Of a DNA stretch of 62,604 nt, positions 36,441-46,176 are shown one piece after another. Below the pieces are notes generated by a model, which did not search any database, was not told the DNA's origin, and saw nothing but the letters and a program-made list of their open reading frames with translations. The translations under genes were made by a program, and so were the position numbers. Every line of letters starts with the position of its first letter. Positions within the stretch are counted from its first letter, which is position 1. Source of the stretch: a virus (lineage: Duplodnaviria > Caudoviricetes); the IMG/VR virus record IMGVR_UViG_3300044619_000874, positions 1 to 62,604 of that record; one strand, given 5' to 3'.

Positions 36441-37829
36441 TCAGTACGCCGCCTTCCAGCGGATGCCCGAGAATGTCGCCTCGCTTGATCGTGCGCCGGG
36501 ACTAACTTTGATGTCACGATTGTTCTGATGAATCGTGCAGAACCCGTAGGTGACAGCAGTGCCAACAAGCCGCATGGCGAGGGGGAACTTCGATTCAAGT
36601 TCTGCAAGCGGGAACTGTGGCGGCAGTCGCAGCGGCACCCACTCGCCGATGCCCGCACCAAACGACAGAGTCCCCTTGAGTTCGATGAAGCCCCCAATCA
36701 TCCTCGCCTGAATCTCGGTAGAAACAGACTCCTTCGCCCCATCCATGCGCACCATCCATGTCCAATCAATGTCGGGCGGAGGAGGCTTCGTGCCACCGAC
36801 GAGCATTAACTTCACCGCGTCAAGGACGGACTTCTTGAAGTCGGCCAACGCTGGATCGTTGATCGTCGGCGAGCCAAGCGGACTGATCGCGGTCAGTTTG
36901 TCATCGACCTGCTTGCGCGAGTACAGCATCAACGCCATCTGGTTGTCGAAGTCGGCCTTGCTGAACGCTTGGTCGATCCGCATGAAGCGGTCGTCGGTCT
37001 GCTTCTGCGTGTATACGTCGGTCTTGAGGGGGTAGCGGAAGTCCGCTTCAGCCCGCGTGTAGATCGAATCAAAGATTGTCTGTACTTGGTTACGGAGAAG
37101 GTCGAGGGCTTCGAGCCTGCCGTACCGGGTGTCGGCGGTTGCGAGCGTGACGTACGGGGCGAGGTCAATGACCGGAGCGGCCTTGCTCTCCAGCGTCTCG
37201 ATGCGTGGCAGGAGGGCGTTTAGCGGTTCGAGGTCGGACTTGTAGACGAGGAACTCGTTGTTGAGTCCGACGTTCAGAACGAGCCGGGCTCCGTAGCCCT
37301 CGCCCGTGTCCGTGTACCCGAGAGCGACAGGTGGCAGCAACGTGTCGCCAAACCCGTAAGCCTGCGACACGACGGTCTTAGCGAGGAACGGCTGCTGATT
37401 GTCCTGCTTGGCGGCGTATCGGTCATCTGACTCGACCCGCGTGTAGATCGAGTCGAACACCGCCTGCAACTGCGTCGTGATCAGCGTCGTGGTCGAGAGC
37501 GGGGCGAACTTCCCGTCTACTTCCACCTTCGTGTAGGTGACGGCTTGGTCGGCCTTGAGGTCGATCTTCACCTGCAACTGCCGTGCGGTCTCGGTGACGG
37601 CGAACAGGACTTGGTTCTGCACGGCATCGAGGTCGAGGGCACCCTCATCACGGCACACCTTGATCGCGGCGTCAGTCTCTGGCTTGGTGTAGTACACCGA
37701 CAGGTCTGTGGCCGGGATGGCCGCAATGGCGGCATCGACGTACTCGGTCTTGGCGTAGTCCTCAAGACCAGCCGGTGACGCGACTATCTCTTCCCACTTC
37801 CCGTTGTTGTAGACGTTGAGAGTTTTCAT
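36441..37829 (-). CDS. Tail fibre / receptor-binding protein
   Basis: YTK/YTR repeats; C-terminal PDIDWT...LRLP head domain. Confidence 0.75.
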   Translation of the reverse strand: MKTLNVYNNGKWEEIVASPAGLEDYAKTEYVDAAIAAIPATDLSVYYTKPETDAAIKVCRDEGALDLDAVQNQVLFAVTETARQLQVKIDLKADQAVTYTKVEVDGKFAPLSTTTLITTQLQAVFDSIYTRVESDDRYAAKQDNQQPFLAKTVVSQAYGFGDTLLPPVALGYTDTGEGYGARLVLNVGLNNEFLVYKSDLEPLNALLPRIETLESKAAPVIDLAPYVTLATADTRYGRLEALDLLRNQVQTIFDSIYTRAEADFRYPLKTDVYTQKQTDDRFMRIDQAFSKADFDNQMALMLYSRKQVDDKLTAISPLGSPTINDPALADFKKSVLDAVKLMLVGGTKPPPPDIDWTWMVRMDGAKESVSTEIQARMIGGFIELKGTLSFGAGIGEWVPLRLPPQFPLAELESKFPLAMRLVGTAVTYGFCTIHQNNRDIKVSPGARSSEATFSGIRWKAAY

Positions 37830-37830
37830 G

Positions 37831-38913
37831 CTAATAGGCGTAGGCTTGAGCCCCCGTCAGTTCGGTACCGGTGATCTTGCCGTCCCCGACCACGCCGACG
37901 CCGCCGTCCGCGTAGAACCGAACGAACACGCGGCGGTAAGACACGCCAGTGTCGTAGCCGAATGCCACGACGGTTTGGTCGCGGGGTGGCTTCGGGAAGT
38001 TCGCGGGCAGTCGCTGCGCTACCGTGAACGTGCCTGTGGCGGTGACGGTGAGGGTCAGTTCTCCACGCAGTTGGATCATTCCGTTCAGGACACGGGCCTC
38101 GATCAGGCCAGAGCCCGCGACCTTCACGCATGGAGTCCAGTCGATGTCGGCCGGTACGGTCTTGCCGCCAGCCATCACATTGCGAACCTCGTCAATGACG
38201 CTCTTCCGCATCGCGGCGAGGGAGTCGTCGGAAAGGCGGAGCGTGGAGAGTTGGCGGGTCGTGAGGTTGACTGTTGCAGGTGACAACCACAGGTCGCCGT
38301 CCTTGAGGTCGCCAGCCGGAGCGGTGGGGCTCTCGTATACGGCAGGTCGCTCGCCGCCTGCACCAGTGGGAATGTTGAACAGGTCAACCATTCCGACAGG
38401 GGCGAAGGGCTTGTCGAGTTCATCGGATGCAAGCCGCATCAGCCGACCGCCGTCGTCCTGCGTCAGCGTCGATGGGTTCTGTGGCGTCGGCAGGCCAGCC
38501 TCTGACTTGACGATCTTCGTGACCGAGCGGACTGGGCCGTTCATCACGATGGTGGTCTGGTACTCCTGTCGCTTGATGGCGACGAGGGCACCGGAAGCGT
38601 CGAAGTAGTGCAGGCCGTCGGCGTAGTCCTTGAAGGCGTCTTCGAGGGCGGAGGGCGTTGCGGCAGTCGGCTGTGGCGTCGCGCCCGCATGGCCGGTGAT
38701 CGGCTGTGTCGGGAACAGGTCGGTCACATCGGCAAGGGCCGTATCGACGTACTCGGTCGTGGCGTACGCCGACAGGTCAACGTCACCTGTTGCAGCGTTT
38801 GCAACAAGTGCATCGACCTCCAAGTCGGTGTAGTACCCGACCAGCCCCTTCGTGTAGGCCCACGAGGAGGTGGAGTCAGTCCGCGTCGGTAGTGCGCGAT
38901 CAGGTGCTGGCAT
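37831..38913 (-). CDS. Tail fibre / receptor-binding protein
   Basis: DLSAYATTEYVD; GDLW motif; paralogous C-terminal head domain. Confidence 0.7.
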   Translation of the reverse strand: MPAPDRALPTRTDSTSSWAYTKGLVGYYTDLEVDALVANAATGDVDLSAYATTEYVDTALADVTDLFPTQPITGHAGATPQPTAATPSALEDAFKDYADGLHYFDASGALVAIKRQEYQTTIVMNGPVRSVTKIVKSEAGLPTPQNPSTLTQDDGGRLMRLASDELDKPFAPVGMVDLFNIPTGAGGERPAVYESPTAPAGDLKDGDLWLSPATVNLTTRQLSTLRLSDDSLAAMRKSVIDEVRNVMAGGKTVPADIDWTPCVKVAGSGLIEARVLNGMIQLRGELTLTVTATGTFTVAQRLPANFPKPPRDQTVVAFGYDTGVSYRRVFVRFYADGGVGVVGDGKITGTELTGAQAYAY

Positions 38914-39269
38914 CAGACGTCACAGATGGGAATGAGGTACTTCTTGCCACCAATCACAACCGGGATGGCCCCAGTGATGAGAGGCTGATGGAAGGTCTGG
39001 CCGTCAGCAGACAGGCCAATGGGAGTGCCGTCGGCTTGCTCAATGATCGGGTCTTCCACGACGGTGATCGGGCTGGAAGCGGTGAACTCGCTGGTGCCAG
39101 TTCCAGTCCCGGTGGAGTCCCCAGTGGGGTCAATCCAGATGGCATCCACGCCGGGAGGGGCGGGCGCAACATCCGACACGAAGACCTGCGGCTCCGACGA
39201 ACCGCCGACGCCCGCAAGGGGAGCCCATGCGGTGCCGTTCCAAACGCGGAGTTCAACTGCGTCAGCCAT
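38913..39269 (-). CDS. Fibre connector protein
   Basis: LRVWNGTAW start; VSDVAP...AIWID; TGATG overlaps at both ends. Confidence 0.65.
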   Translation of the reverse strand: MADAVELRVWNGTAWAPLAGVGGSSEPQVFVSDVAPAPPGVDAIWIDPTGDSTGTGTGTSEFTASSPITVVEDPIIEQADGTPIGLSADGQTFHQPLITGAIPVVIGGKKYLIPICDV

Positions 39270-40354
39270 CAGGTAATCCTCACTGACGCACCGTCGAAGT
39301 ACACCGTGTCGCAGCCGCCGCACGCGACACTGAGCCAGCCGTTCGTCCGCACGTTCACCGTGCCGAGTACTGGGACTGTCGCGGTCGGGGAAGTGCGGCC
39401 AGTGATGAACGCCCGAGTGCCCACGCTCGGACGAGCGAAGGCGGGGGGGAGTTGGAGGTAGGCAAGTCCACCCTGCGAAGCCTGCGTGGTCTGGCCCGCC
39501 GCCATCTCGAAGGAGCCCCTGAGGTAGAGGACGCCATTCAACTGAATGGCCTCGACTGTCGAGGTCTGGGGGCCGGGCTGGATGGCGGCAATGATCGGAC
39601 AGGGCGTCCAAGTCGTGATGTCCGGTGGCGGAACCACCCCACCGTTCAGCGTCTTGCGAATGTCGGGGAGAATGGCCGCTGCAATGGCCGCAGTGTCAAC
39701 GGCCTCGCCAGCGGGGAGTGCTGCGAGTTTGGCGTCGATCTCTGACTGCACTTGAGCGAGCGTGATCCCCTTGCTGGCCGGAGCACTGGCCGCATCAACA
39801 GGCTTGGCCCAGATGGTCGGCAGGGCGGGGTCGCCCGGAGGGGAGGGCGGCTGCGTGTCGGATACCACTACGGGCTCGGCGAAGTACCAGCCACTCGCAG
39901 GGTCTAGGTCTGCCCGAAGGTAGCCCTGCTGAGTCGGCGTCGGAAGTTCGTAGCCGGGAGCACCGCCAGCACGAATCGGGCCACCGGAGCCGTAGAGCAG
40001 CGTCCCGAAGACGGCGGAGGTCGAACTCAACCAACCCGCACCGCCGCCGAAGTCGCCAAGATCGCCGGGCCCCGTAATGTCCACGCGAGTGAACAGAACC
40101 GGCTGGGACTGGAACGCAGCCTTGAGAGCCATCTCCTCCGACCACTGCTGGATCGGAAGGTTGGGCGAGGCAGTGAGGCCGGTGATCGGGCCAGTGGCAG
40201 TCGTGTCAACCGTGCCGCTTGGCATCGAGGCAGTGGCGAGATCGACAATGCTCTTGACGGTGACGCGCTGCGTGGTGGTGCCGTTCACGACCGGCACGAT
40301 GCTGGTCGCTGTGGCTACCCCGGTCGGCAGTGCTGTGATCTTGACGTCGGCCAT
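39269..40354 (-). CDS. Tail fibre / receptor-binding protein
   Basis: MADVKITALP...TQRVT anchor-type start; paralogous head domain. Confidence 0.75.
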   Translation of the reverse strand: MADVKITALPTGVATATSIVPVVNGTTTQRVTVKSIVDLATASMPSGTVDTTATGPITGLTASPNLPIQQWSEEMALKAAFQSQPVLFTRVDITGPGDLGDFGGGAGWLSSTSAVFGTLLYGSGGPIRAGGAPGYELPTPTQQGYLRADLDPASGWYFAEPVVVSDTQPPSPPGDPALPTIWAKPVDAASAPASKGITLAQVQSEIDAKLAALPAGEAVDTAAIAAAILPDIRKTLNGGVVPPPDITTWTPCPIIAAIQPGPQTSTVEAIQLNGVLYLRGSFEMAAGQTTQASQGGLAYLQLPPAFARPSVGTRAFITGRTSPTATVPVLGTVNVRTNGWLSVACGGCDTVYFDGASVRIT

Positions 40355-40509
40355 TACTGCTGCTGTTCAGTTCGGAGTTTGTCGCCCCGCTCGGTGTTCA
40401 GTACTTCGCCGGTCTCGGCGAGGATTCGATAGGTGACGATGTCCGGGGGTGGAGGCGGGACGTACCCACCCTTGGTTCGGTCTTGGCATGGGGCAAGGAA
40501 GCGATCCAC
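40354..40509 (-). CDS. Small tail-associated protein, 51 aa
   Basis: ILAETGEVLNTERGDKLRTE; TAATG overlap; translated by hand. Confidence 0.55.
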   Translation of the reverse strand: MDRFLAPCQDRTKGGYVPPPPPDIVTYRILAETGEVLNTERGDKLRTEQQQ

Positions 40510-40512
40510 GGC

Positions 40513-40827
40513 TCACCCCTTGACCATCAGAGTTCCCTTGACGTCGGCACCCCGGACTACGATGTACGTTGCGGCGTAGATGGCGTGGGGCAACTCGTAA
40601 GCCTTACCGTCAGCCACCGCGAGAGTTGCGGGCTGGGCCTCCTGATTGAGCAGGGGGGCGGGCTCGTCGCCGGGCTTGGCGACACAGCACAGTTCGAGCG
40701 TGCCAGCACCTTCCTCGACGAGCAGGATGGCACCAGAGCAGGCGGAGAACTGCACGAGCGTGCCGGAGCCGTCGGCCTTGAAGTCGACGGGGTACGATCC
40801 GCCTCCGCGCTCAACCTTACCGGGCAT
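40513..40827 (-). CDS. Hypothetical virion protein
   Basis: 104 aa, beta-rich, AGGAG RBS. Confidence 0.55.
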   Translation of the reverse strand: MPGKVERGGGSYPVDFKADGSGTLVQFSACSGAILLVEEGAGTLELCCVAKPGDEPAPLLNQEAQPATLAVADGKAYELPHAIYAATYIVVRGADVKGTLMVKG

Positions 40828-40880
40828 GGGACTTCTCCTGCTTGTGTGCAGGTGTTATGGCCCCGGCTGCGGCGGTCGCG

Positions 40881-41435
40881 TCAGGACTTCTTATTCCAGT
40901 GCGGGGTGTGGGTTTCCCTGATCCGACGCTCTGCCGCCCGTAGGGTGGTGCCCGGATTTTCACGCACCTCCTTCTTGGCAAGTTCCCTGACCAGCCGTGG
41001 GTTCAGCCCGTTTGCCCGCTTGGGCGGCGCGACGCCCTCGGGAGGCTCGTAGTTCACTTGCCCGCGAAGTTCGAGTTTCCGCTCCTTGGCGACGCGGAGC
41101 ACGTCTTCCCTGTCGGAGACCCACGCCTTCGGGTCGAGGTGGCACTTCTTGTTCGCCAGCCCCGACATGTAGTACTTGCCCTCGGTGCTGATCCCGGCGG
41201 CCTTAGCCTCCTTGAGCATCCACTTGGCCTGCTTGGTCGGCAGCCCATCGAGCCACTCGCCGTTCTTCCGGCCCTTCATCCACGAGTCGTTCGTGCCGTG
41301 GACTGCCGGTGCGGCTTGGAGCGCGCACATCTCCGCCCAGCGGGGCGTCTGGCCGTCAGAGATCATCTTCCGGTAGTGCCGCTGCACTTCCGCACTAGCG
41401 TTCGAGATGTCGGGCGGAAGATCGATGTCAACCAT
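40881..41435 (-). CDS. Hypothetical protein downstream of portal
   Basis: 184 aa, overlaps portal stop. Confidence 0.6.
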   Translation of the reverse strand: MVDIDLPPDISNASAEVQRHYRKMISDGQTPRWAEMCALQAAPAVHGTNDSWMKGRKNGEWLDGLPTKQAKWMLKEAKAAGISTEGKYYMSGLANKKCHLDPKAWVSDREDVLRVAKERKLELRGQVNYEPPEGVAPPKRANGLNPRLVRELAKKEVRENPGTTLRAAERRIRETHTPHWNKKS

Positions 41436-43536
41436 TCGGGACTCCTTCAGGCGAGGCCACCCCCGCGCCGCTGCCTTCTTCTTGAGAAGCGTTACCCCCG
41501 GCGGGGGGAGGGAGACCCGGTTCTCCGGGGGGAGGCATTGGCGGCGGCGGGGGTGGCGGTGGAAGTAGGAACGGAGTGGGATCGAGGTCGTTTGCCTTCG
41601 CCCATTCGGTGAGCAAGGCGTTCATGGGGCCGACTACGCCAGCAGCGACAAGGGGCTGGAGCAGCGGGGCGAGCGTCTGGAACGCCATGCCCATGCGGTC
41701 TTGCGAAGCCTGCTTGTCTAGCCGCCGAGCCGAGCCGCTCTCGATGGAGTACTCGAACTCGCGCGTGATGGCGGAGAAGTCCATGCCGTCCTTGGGGGAC
41801 ATGTGCATGGCCCACGCCTCTGCCCCAAGCGGGCCGAGCACCGGGGCGACGTCCTTGGGTTGCAGGAGCCACCGGGAGGCCATCGCCTCCTTGCGCGCAA
41901 CGAGCGACATGAAGTGCTCGAAGTTCGAGGCCATGTCGTCTGGCCGAATAGAGAGGTTCGACTGCTTGATCGACGCCTCGCTGGCCGATCGCATTTGATT
42001 CCGCGAGGAGCCGTACACGAGTTCCGTGAGGCCGACGCGCTTGTCGAACTGCTCCCCGACGGCAGCCAAAATTTCCCACATGTCCCGAGTCACGCCCGGC
42101 GTCTGGAACACGGAGATGATGTCGTTCACTGATCGGCCAAGCGACTCGCTGACCTCGATCAGTTTGAAGCCGTTCTCGGATGGGGCGAGTATCTGATCCT
42201 TGAGGTCTGTATCCGCCGCCTTCGAGACGCCGATCATCGTCTCGCACGAGACGGCAATGCGGGTCATCAGGAAACTCATTCCCCAATTCAGGAAGCGAAG
42301 TTCTCCGATGCCCGGCCGGATGTGAGACACGGGCCAGAGCGAGTTTGGCTTGCGGTGAGGAGCCCACATCGTGAACGGCCACCCGCCATTGTCGGCCCAC
42401 AGCGGGATGGGCCATGACGCCCGGACTCGCAGCGACTGCGGCAGGCCGTCCTGATCCAGTTCCTCGTCCATCACGGACGGCGGTACGTTGAGCGGGAAGT
42501 CCACGCCCTCTGCCACAACGATGTATGCGTTGTCGCCGAGCGGGTCGAACGTGCCACGGTCTTCCTTCTTGGCGTCCTTCAGCCGGTCGCCGAACCCGCA
42601 CTTGCTCCAAATCTTCCAGAACTGCACGAGGTCGTTGGTCTTGCCGGTTCGCTTCTTGCCCGGCCGCCCGTCACCGTAGCGATCGTCGGTGTGCTTGGAG
42701 GTGGACTCGTACGATTCGAGGTTCGGCTTGAGGTCGGCGCGCGAGAGGGCAAACATGCGGCAGACCTGATCAATCGGGAGCGTGCATCGCTTGGCGCACC
42801 AGTTGATCTCCTCGATGACCTGCGCATCCGGATCGAGCAGGAGGTTGTCGATCGAGTCGAAGAATGAGCCGATGACGAGCGTGGGCTCTGCGGGCGGCAC
42901 GTTGGGCTGCTCGACCGCCTCTGTCCACAGGACGCCGCCGCCCTTGATGATCCCCTCGTCGACAACCTGCCTGCCATGCGAGATGAGGTTGTTCTCGACG
43001 GGCGTCCAGTTGAGGTAGGTCTCAAGGAGTTCGGCCTGCATCTCCTTGGCTTGGTCAGCCATGCCGATGGCCTGCGACGCCTGCATGAAACGCATCACGC
43101 CTTCGTCGGGCATCGGCTGCCCGGTCATTGGGTCAACCTGATAGGCGTTCGGATCGACTCCCACCATCTCTGGCGGGATCACCGGGAACTTCCGGGGCGT
43201 GACCGTGCGCACTGGGTTGCGGTTGTAGATCACCGCGCCAATGAGTTTCACGGCCTCCCACACCCGGTTCACCGTGAGGCGAAACGCGGGCGCGGGAGTT
43301 GGCCGTGACATGAGGTTCTGACCCTTGACGCTGTTCTCGAAGAACCAGCGGGGCCCGCCGTCGAAGAAGTGCATGGCCTCGCGGGCGTCCGAGTCGAACG
43401 CGGACTTGGCCCGCTTGGCCGCACTGATCTTCTTCAGCCACGCCTGCGCGATGGGCCGGAGTGGGGAGTTGGGGTTGAGCGAGGTCTGCTTCATGTCCTC
43501 GCCGTCGCCCTTGTCCTCCATTAAGTCTTCCGCCAT
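41428..43536 (-). CDS. Portal protein
   Basis: 702 aa after terminase; LTVNRVW, RSASEA, Pro-rich C-terminal tail. Confidence 0.8.
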   Translation of the reverse strand: MAEDLMEDKGDGEDMKQTSLNPNSPLRPIAQAWLKKISAAKRAKSAFDSDAREAMHFFDGGPRWFFENSVKGQNLMSRPTPAPAFRLTVNRVWEAVKLIGAVIYNRNPVRTVTPRKFPVIPPEMVGVDPNAYQVDPMTGQPMPDEGVMRFMQASQAIGMADQAKEMQAELLETYLNWTPVENNLISHGRQVVDEGIIKGGGVLWTEAVEQPNVPPAEPTLVIGSFFDSIDNLLLDPDAQVIEEINWCAKRCTLPIDQVCRMFALSRADLKPNLESYESTSKHTDDRYGDGRPGKKRTGKTNDLVQFWKIWSKCGFGDRLKDAKKEDRGTFDPLGDNAYIVVAEGVDFPLNVPPSVMDEELDQDGLPQSLRVRASWPIPLWADNGGWPFTMWAPHRKPNSLWPVSHIRPGIGELRFLNWGMSFLMTRIAVSCETMIGVSKAADTDLKDQILAPSENGFKLIEVSESLGRSVNDIISVFQTPGVTRDMWEILAAVGEQFDKRVGLTELVYGSSRNQMRSASEASIKQSNLSIRPDDMASNFEHFMSLVARKEAMASRWLLQPKDVAPVLGPLGAEAWAMHMSPKDGMDFSAITREFEYSIESGSARRLDKQASQDRMGMAFQTLAPLLQPLVAAGVVGPMNALLTEWAKANDLDPTPFLLPPPPPPPPMPPPGEPGLPPPAGGNASQEEGSGAGVASPEGVPNG

Positions 43537-43565
43537 CGCGAGCCTCCTGTACGCCTGTTATGGCG

Positions 43566-43910
43566 TCAGTCCCCCTTCTTGCTGCTTCGGGCCAGAACCT
43601 GAACAACCTGCGGCATAAGCGTGTTCAGACGCTTGAGAGCCTCGGTTGCCGGGTGGAACCGCCAGCAGCCCCACTGCCGCCATGCCGTGTTGTCGAGGAG
43701 GCCCGGGTCGTCGGCGTGCCGGACGCTGGGCTTCTCCACGAACCCGGTGTCGGGCGAGAAGGTCAGGATGTAGACCGTGTTCACTCCCGGCCTGCGGGAA
43801 ACCCAGCCGACGCACGGGTCAGATGGGTTCTGCGGGTTGTCGTAGAACAGAACCATGTCACCCAGTTCAACAGTCTGGGTTGGGAATTCACTGCCATTCG
43901 AGGCTGCCAA
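43566..43910 (-). CDS. Hypothetical protein
   Basis: 114 aa between terminase large subunit and portal. Confidence 0.6.
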   Translation of the reverse strand: MAASNGSEFPTQTVELGDMVLFYDNPQNPSDPCVGWVSRRPGVNTVYILTFSPDTGFVEKPSVRHADDPGLLDNTAWRQWGCWRFHPATEALKRLNTLMPQVVQVLARSSKKGD

Positions 43911-45588
43911 CGTAGTCCTCCTTGCTGGTAAGGCTCTCGGATTCCGGCCCTAGATACACGCAGGACGCAGGCCGGTTCTTATTGCGTCGCGCGAGGTAGT
44001 CAATTATCCACTTGGGTGTCGTGTCTGTCTCGTCCTTTTTCACCGGGAGGTGGTACCTCGGATTGGACGCGACGATGTACTCAAGGCACTGGCATGCATG
44101 CACTTCACCGCGAGTGTTCGGCTCGTCGCTGACAATGGACAAACCGTTCACGAAGTGCGTCTTCTTGCGGTACCGGCGCAACTCCTTCTCAAGGTTCGGG
44201 CACGCGCCCCGTAGCACTCGCAGCCTCGGAGTGCCGTCCGTGCGAATGTGCAGTGCGGTGCGAACCGCCGACGTTCGGGCCTGAATGTCGTCGCACCCAG
44301 CCAAGAACCCGGCCCCGGTAGTGCGGGAGCGCAGGTTGTAGTTCCGAAGTTGCTCCATGTACTGCTCCACCACCGCCCGGCCAGAGCCGATGTCGGTGAT
44401 CCGGCCGCCGTGCATGTCGATGATCCACTGGTAGAACGACTGCCCCTCGCACGCCTTGGCGAACCTCTCCCCGAAGATCGAGGCAGAGCACTGCCGGATA
44501 TACAGTTCGTCGTAGATCAGGATCATGGAGTTGTCGGGCGGGACGGCCGCAAACAGGGCGGCGGTCACGGCGTGCCCCGGGTCAACGGCGACGTAGCGCG
44601 TCCAGTCCTCCGGTATGGTCGCGCCATTCGGGAGTGCGCTCCGTTCTAGCCCGTGAATGGACATGGCGAAGTTGGGGTACACCATCACCGAGTCAGTGAT
44701 GAACTCGCCTTCGGCGCGCATTCGCAGGACGTCTTCGCCCTGTGCTGCCCACCGCTCGATCATCTTCGACTTCTCTTCTCCATCGATCCAAGCGTTATCG
44801 AGAAAGCGCAGCGTGAACTTCTTGATGCTGGGATTGGGGTCTCCCGCCTCTGCCGCCCTGTCGGCGCGCTCGGAGAGGCTCATCAGAGACTCCGACCGGG
44901 AGTGCGGCATGGCCGACCAGCACAGGCGGCCCTTGCGGTCAGCGAGACGAGCCTGCGCTTCGGCAAGGATGCTGTCGTTCCCGACGTCCTCGTCTAGGTG
45001 CAAGCGATCGCAAGAATAGCCCTGCGCAGGCTCGCCTTCAGCGGAGAAGAACTGAATCTTCCAGCCGTTGTGAAGTTCGATGTGGTTGCAGTAGTTGGCA
45101 GCCTTGAGCACCCACGAGATGCTCTTGATCATCCGGGGAGGGATCAGCGGTGGCGCAGGCTTGGCGAGGTGCTTCCGCGCGCTGTCCCGTGAGGGGTCAT
45201 AGGCCCGCCACTTATTCGTCTGCTCGTCCCGAATGATCTTAAACGCCCCTGCCTTCAGGAGGTACGGCACACACACCAGACCGATGTGCGTCCAGTTCCT
45301 CCCGATGATGACCAGCATGCCGTCCTTCTCGGGGTACTTGCCGTACGGGTCTTGACCTGTTGCGGCGCGAGCGTCCTCGACGAATGTGCAGAGAGACTTC
45401 CCCGATCTGTTGCCGCCGATCACGAGCACTTCCGAGGTGGTGCATGCGTGAACCTCCTCCTGCAACGCCGACGGCGTGTAGAGTTTGAGGGCCTCGATCC
45501 GCCGCTCGTTGATCTCCGACTGTAGTTCGCGGAGACGGTCTTGGGCGAACTTACTCGGCTTGGGAGTTGGCCGGGGCAACGGCTGCAT
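43888..45588 (-). CDS. terL: Terminase large subunit
   Basis: GGNRSGKS (Walker A), LHLDED (Walker B), VAVDPG and HACQCLEY nuclease motifs. Confidence 0.92.
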   Translation of the reverse strand: MQPLPRPTPKPSKFAQDRLRELQSEINERRIEALKLYTPSALQEEVHACTTSEVLVIGGNRSGKSLCTFVEDARAATGQDPYGKYPEKDGMLVIIGRNWTHIGLVCVPYLLKAGAFKIIRDEQTNKWRAYDPSRDSARKHLAKPAPPLIPPRMIKSISWVLKAANYCNHIELHNGWKIQFFSAEGEPAQGYSCDRLHLDEDVGNDSILAEAQARLADRKGRLCWSAMPHSRSESLMSLSERADRAAEAGDPNPSIKKFTLRFLDNAWIDGEEKSKMIERWAAQGEDVLRMRAEGEFITDSVMVYPNFAMSIHGLERSALPNGATIPEDWTRYVAVDPGHAVTAALFAAVPPDNSMILIYDELYIRQCSASIFGERFAKACEGQSFYQWIIDMHGGRITDIGSGRAVVEQYMEQLRNYNLRSRTTGAGFLAGCDDIQARTSAVRTALHIRTDGTPRLRVLRGACPNLEKELRRYRKKTHFVNGLSIVSDEPNTRGEVHACQCLEYIVASNPRYHLPVKKDETDTTPKWIIDYLARRNKNRPASCVYLGPESESLTSKEDYVGSLEWQ

Positions 45589-46102
45589 GTTCCACCTCCA
45601 ATGCTGGCCGTGCCGGGAATGACACGCTGGCCGCAGCCTCCACGAGCCTCTGCTCGATCTCGGCGTTGAGTTCTTCCTCCGACCAGAAGGTCAGGGGCTT
45701 CTTCGAGCCGCCCTGCTCGGCGTTGGTGGTCACGAGGCGAGTGATGAGTTCGAGCATCTTGGTGCGAGTGGCACTGCCCGGCTTCGCGTCAAAATAGTTC
45801 TTCAGCATCATGGAGGAGAATCCGGCGGTGCCGCCGAAGTACTCCATGAGGTTCTCAAGCAACTCGGCCGAGTGCGGCACGGTTGCTCCACCTTGGCGGG
45901 CTTGAGAGATCAGCGTGTCAACCGCCTTGCTCTCGATCTTGCCCATCTTGCGGGCGCGGTACTCTTCCTTCTGAAGAGCCGCCATCTTCCGCCGCTTGGC
46001 GACGCAAGCCAAGCACCGCGTGTACTGTTTCTGGTACAGCGGAAAGTGGATCGCATCATCGGGGCGTGTGTCCCCGCACTCACTGCAAACCTTGTCGCTC
46101 AT
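45551..46102 (-). CDS. Probable terminase small subunit
   Basis: Immediately upstream of and overlapping terL; CxxC...CxxC N-terminus; WSEEEL. Confidence 0.55.
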   Translation of the reverse strand: MSDKVCSECGDTRPDDAIHFPLYQKQYTRCLACVAKRRKMAALQKEEYRARKMGKIESKAVDTLISQARQGGATVPHSAELLENLMEYFGGTAGFSSMMLKNYFDAKPGSATRTKMLELITRLVTTNAEQGGSKKPLTFWSEEELNAEIEQRLVEAAASVSFPARPALEVEHAAVAPANSQAE

Positions 46103-46113
46103 TCTTCCCTCCA

Positions 46114-46150
46114 GAAGAAACTCACGCAGCAGGCGTCCCCGCTGCGTGAG
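46114..46150 (-). terminator. Intrinsic terminator
   Basis: CTCACGCAGC/GCTGCGTGAG stem followed by TTTCTT on - strand. Confidence 0.7.
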
Positions 46151-46176
46151 CCCCGAGCGTCCGGTAACAACCGGAC

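Noticed and set aside
33332-37833. TAG stop-codon reassignment in tail genes
   Set aside because: Only the 36236 TAG is in frame with the next gene; those at 37831, 35339 and 33343 are not, long ORFs are intact in the standard code, and no suppressor tRNA was seen.
34807-40354. Diversity-generating retroelement acting on fibres
   Set aside because: No reverse transcriptase and no template/variable repeat pair differing at adenines was seen.
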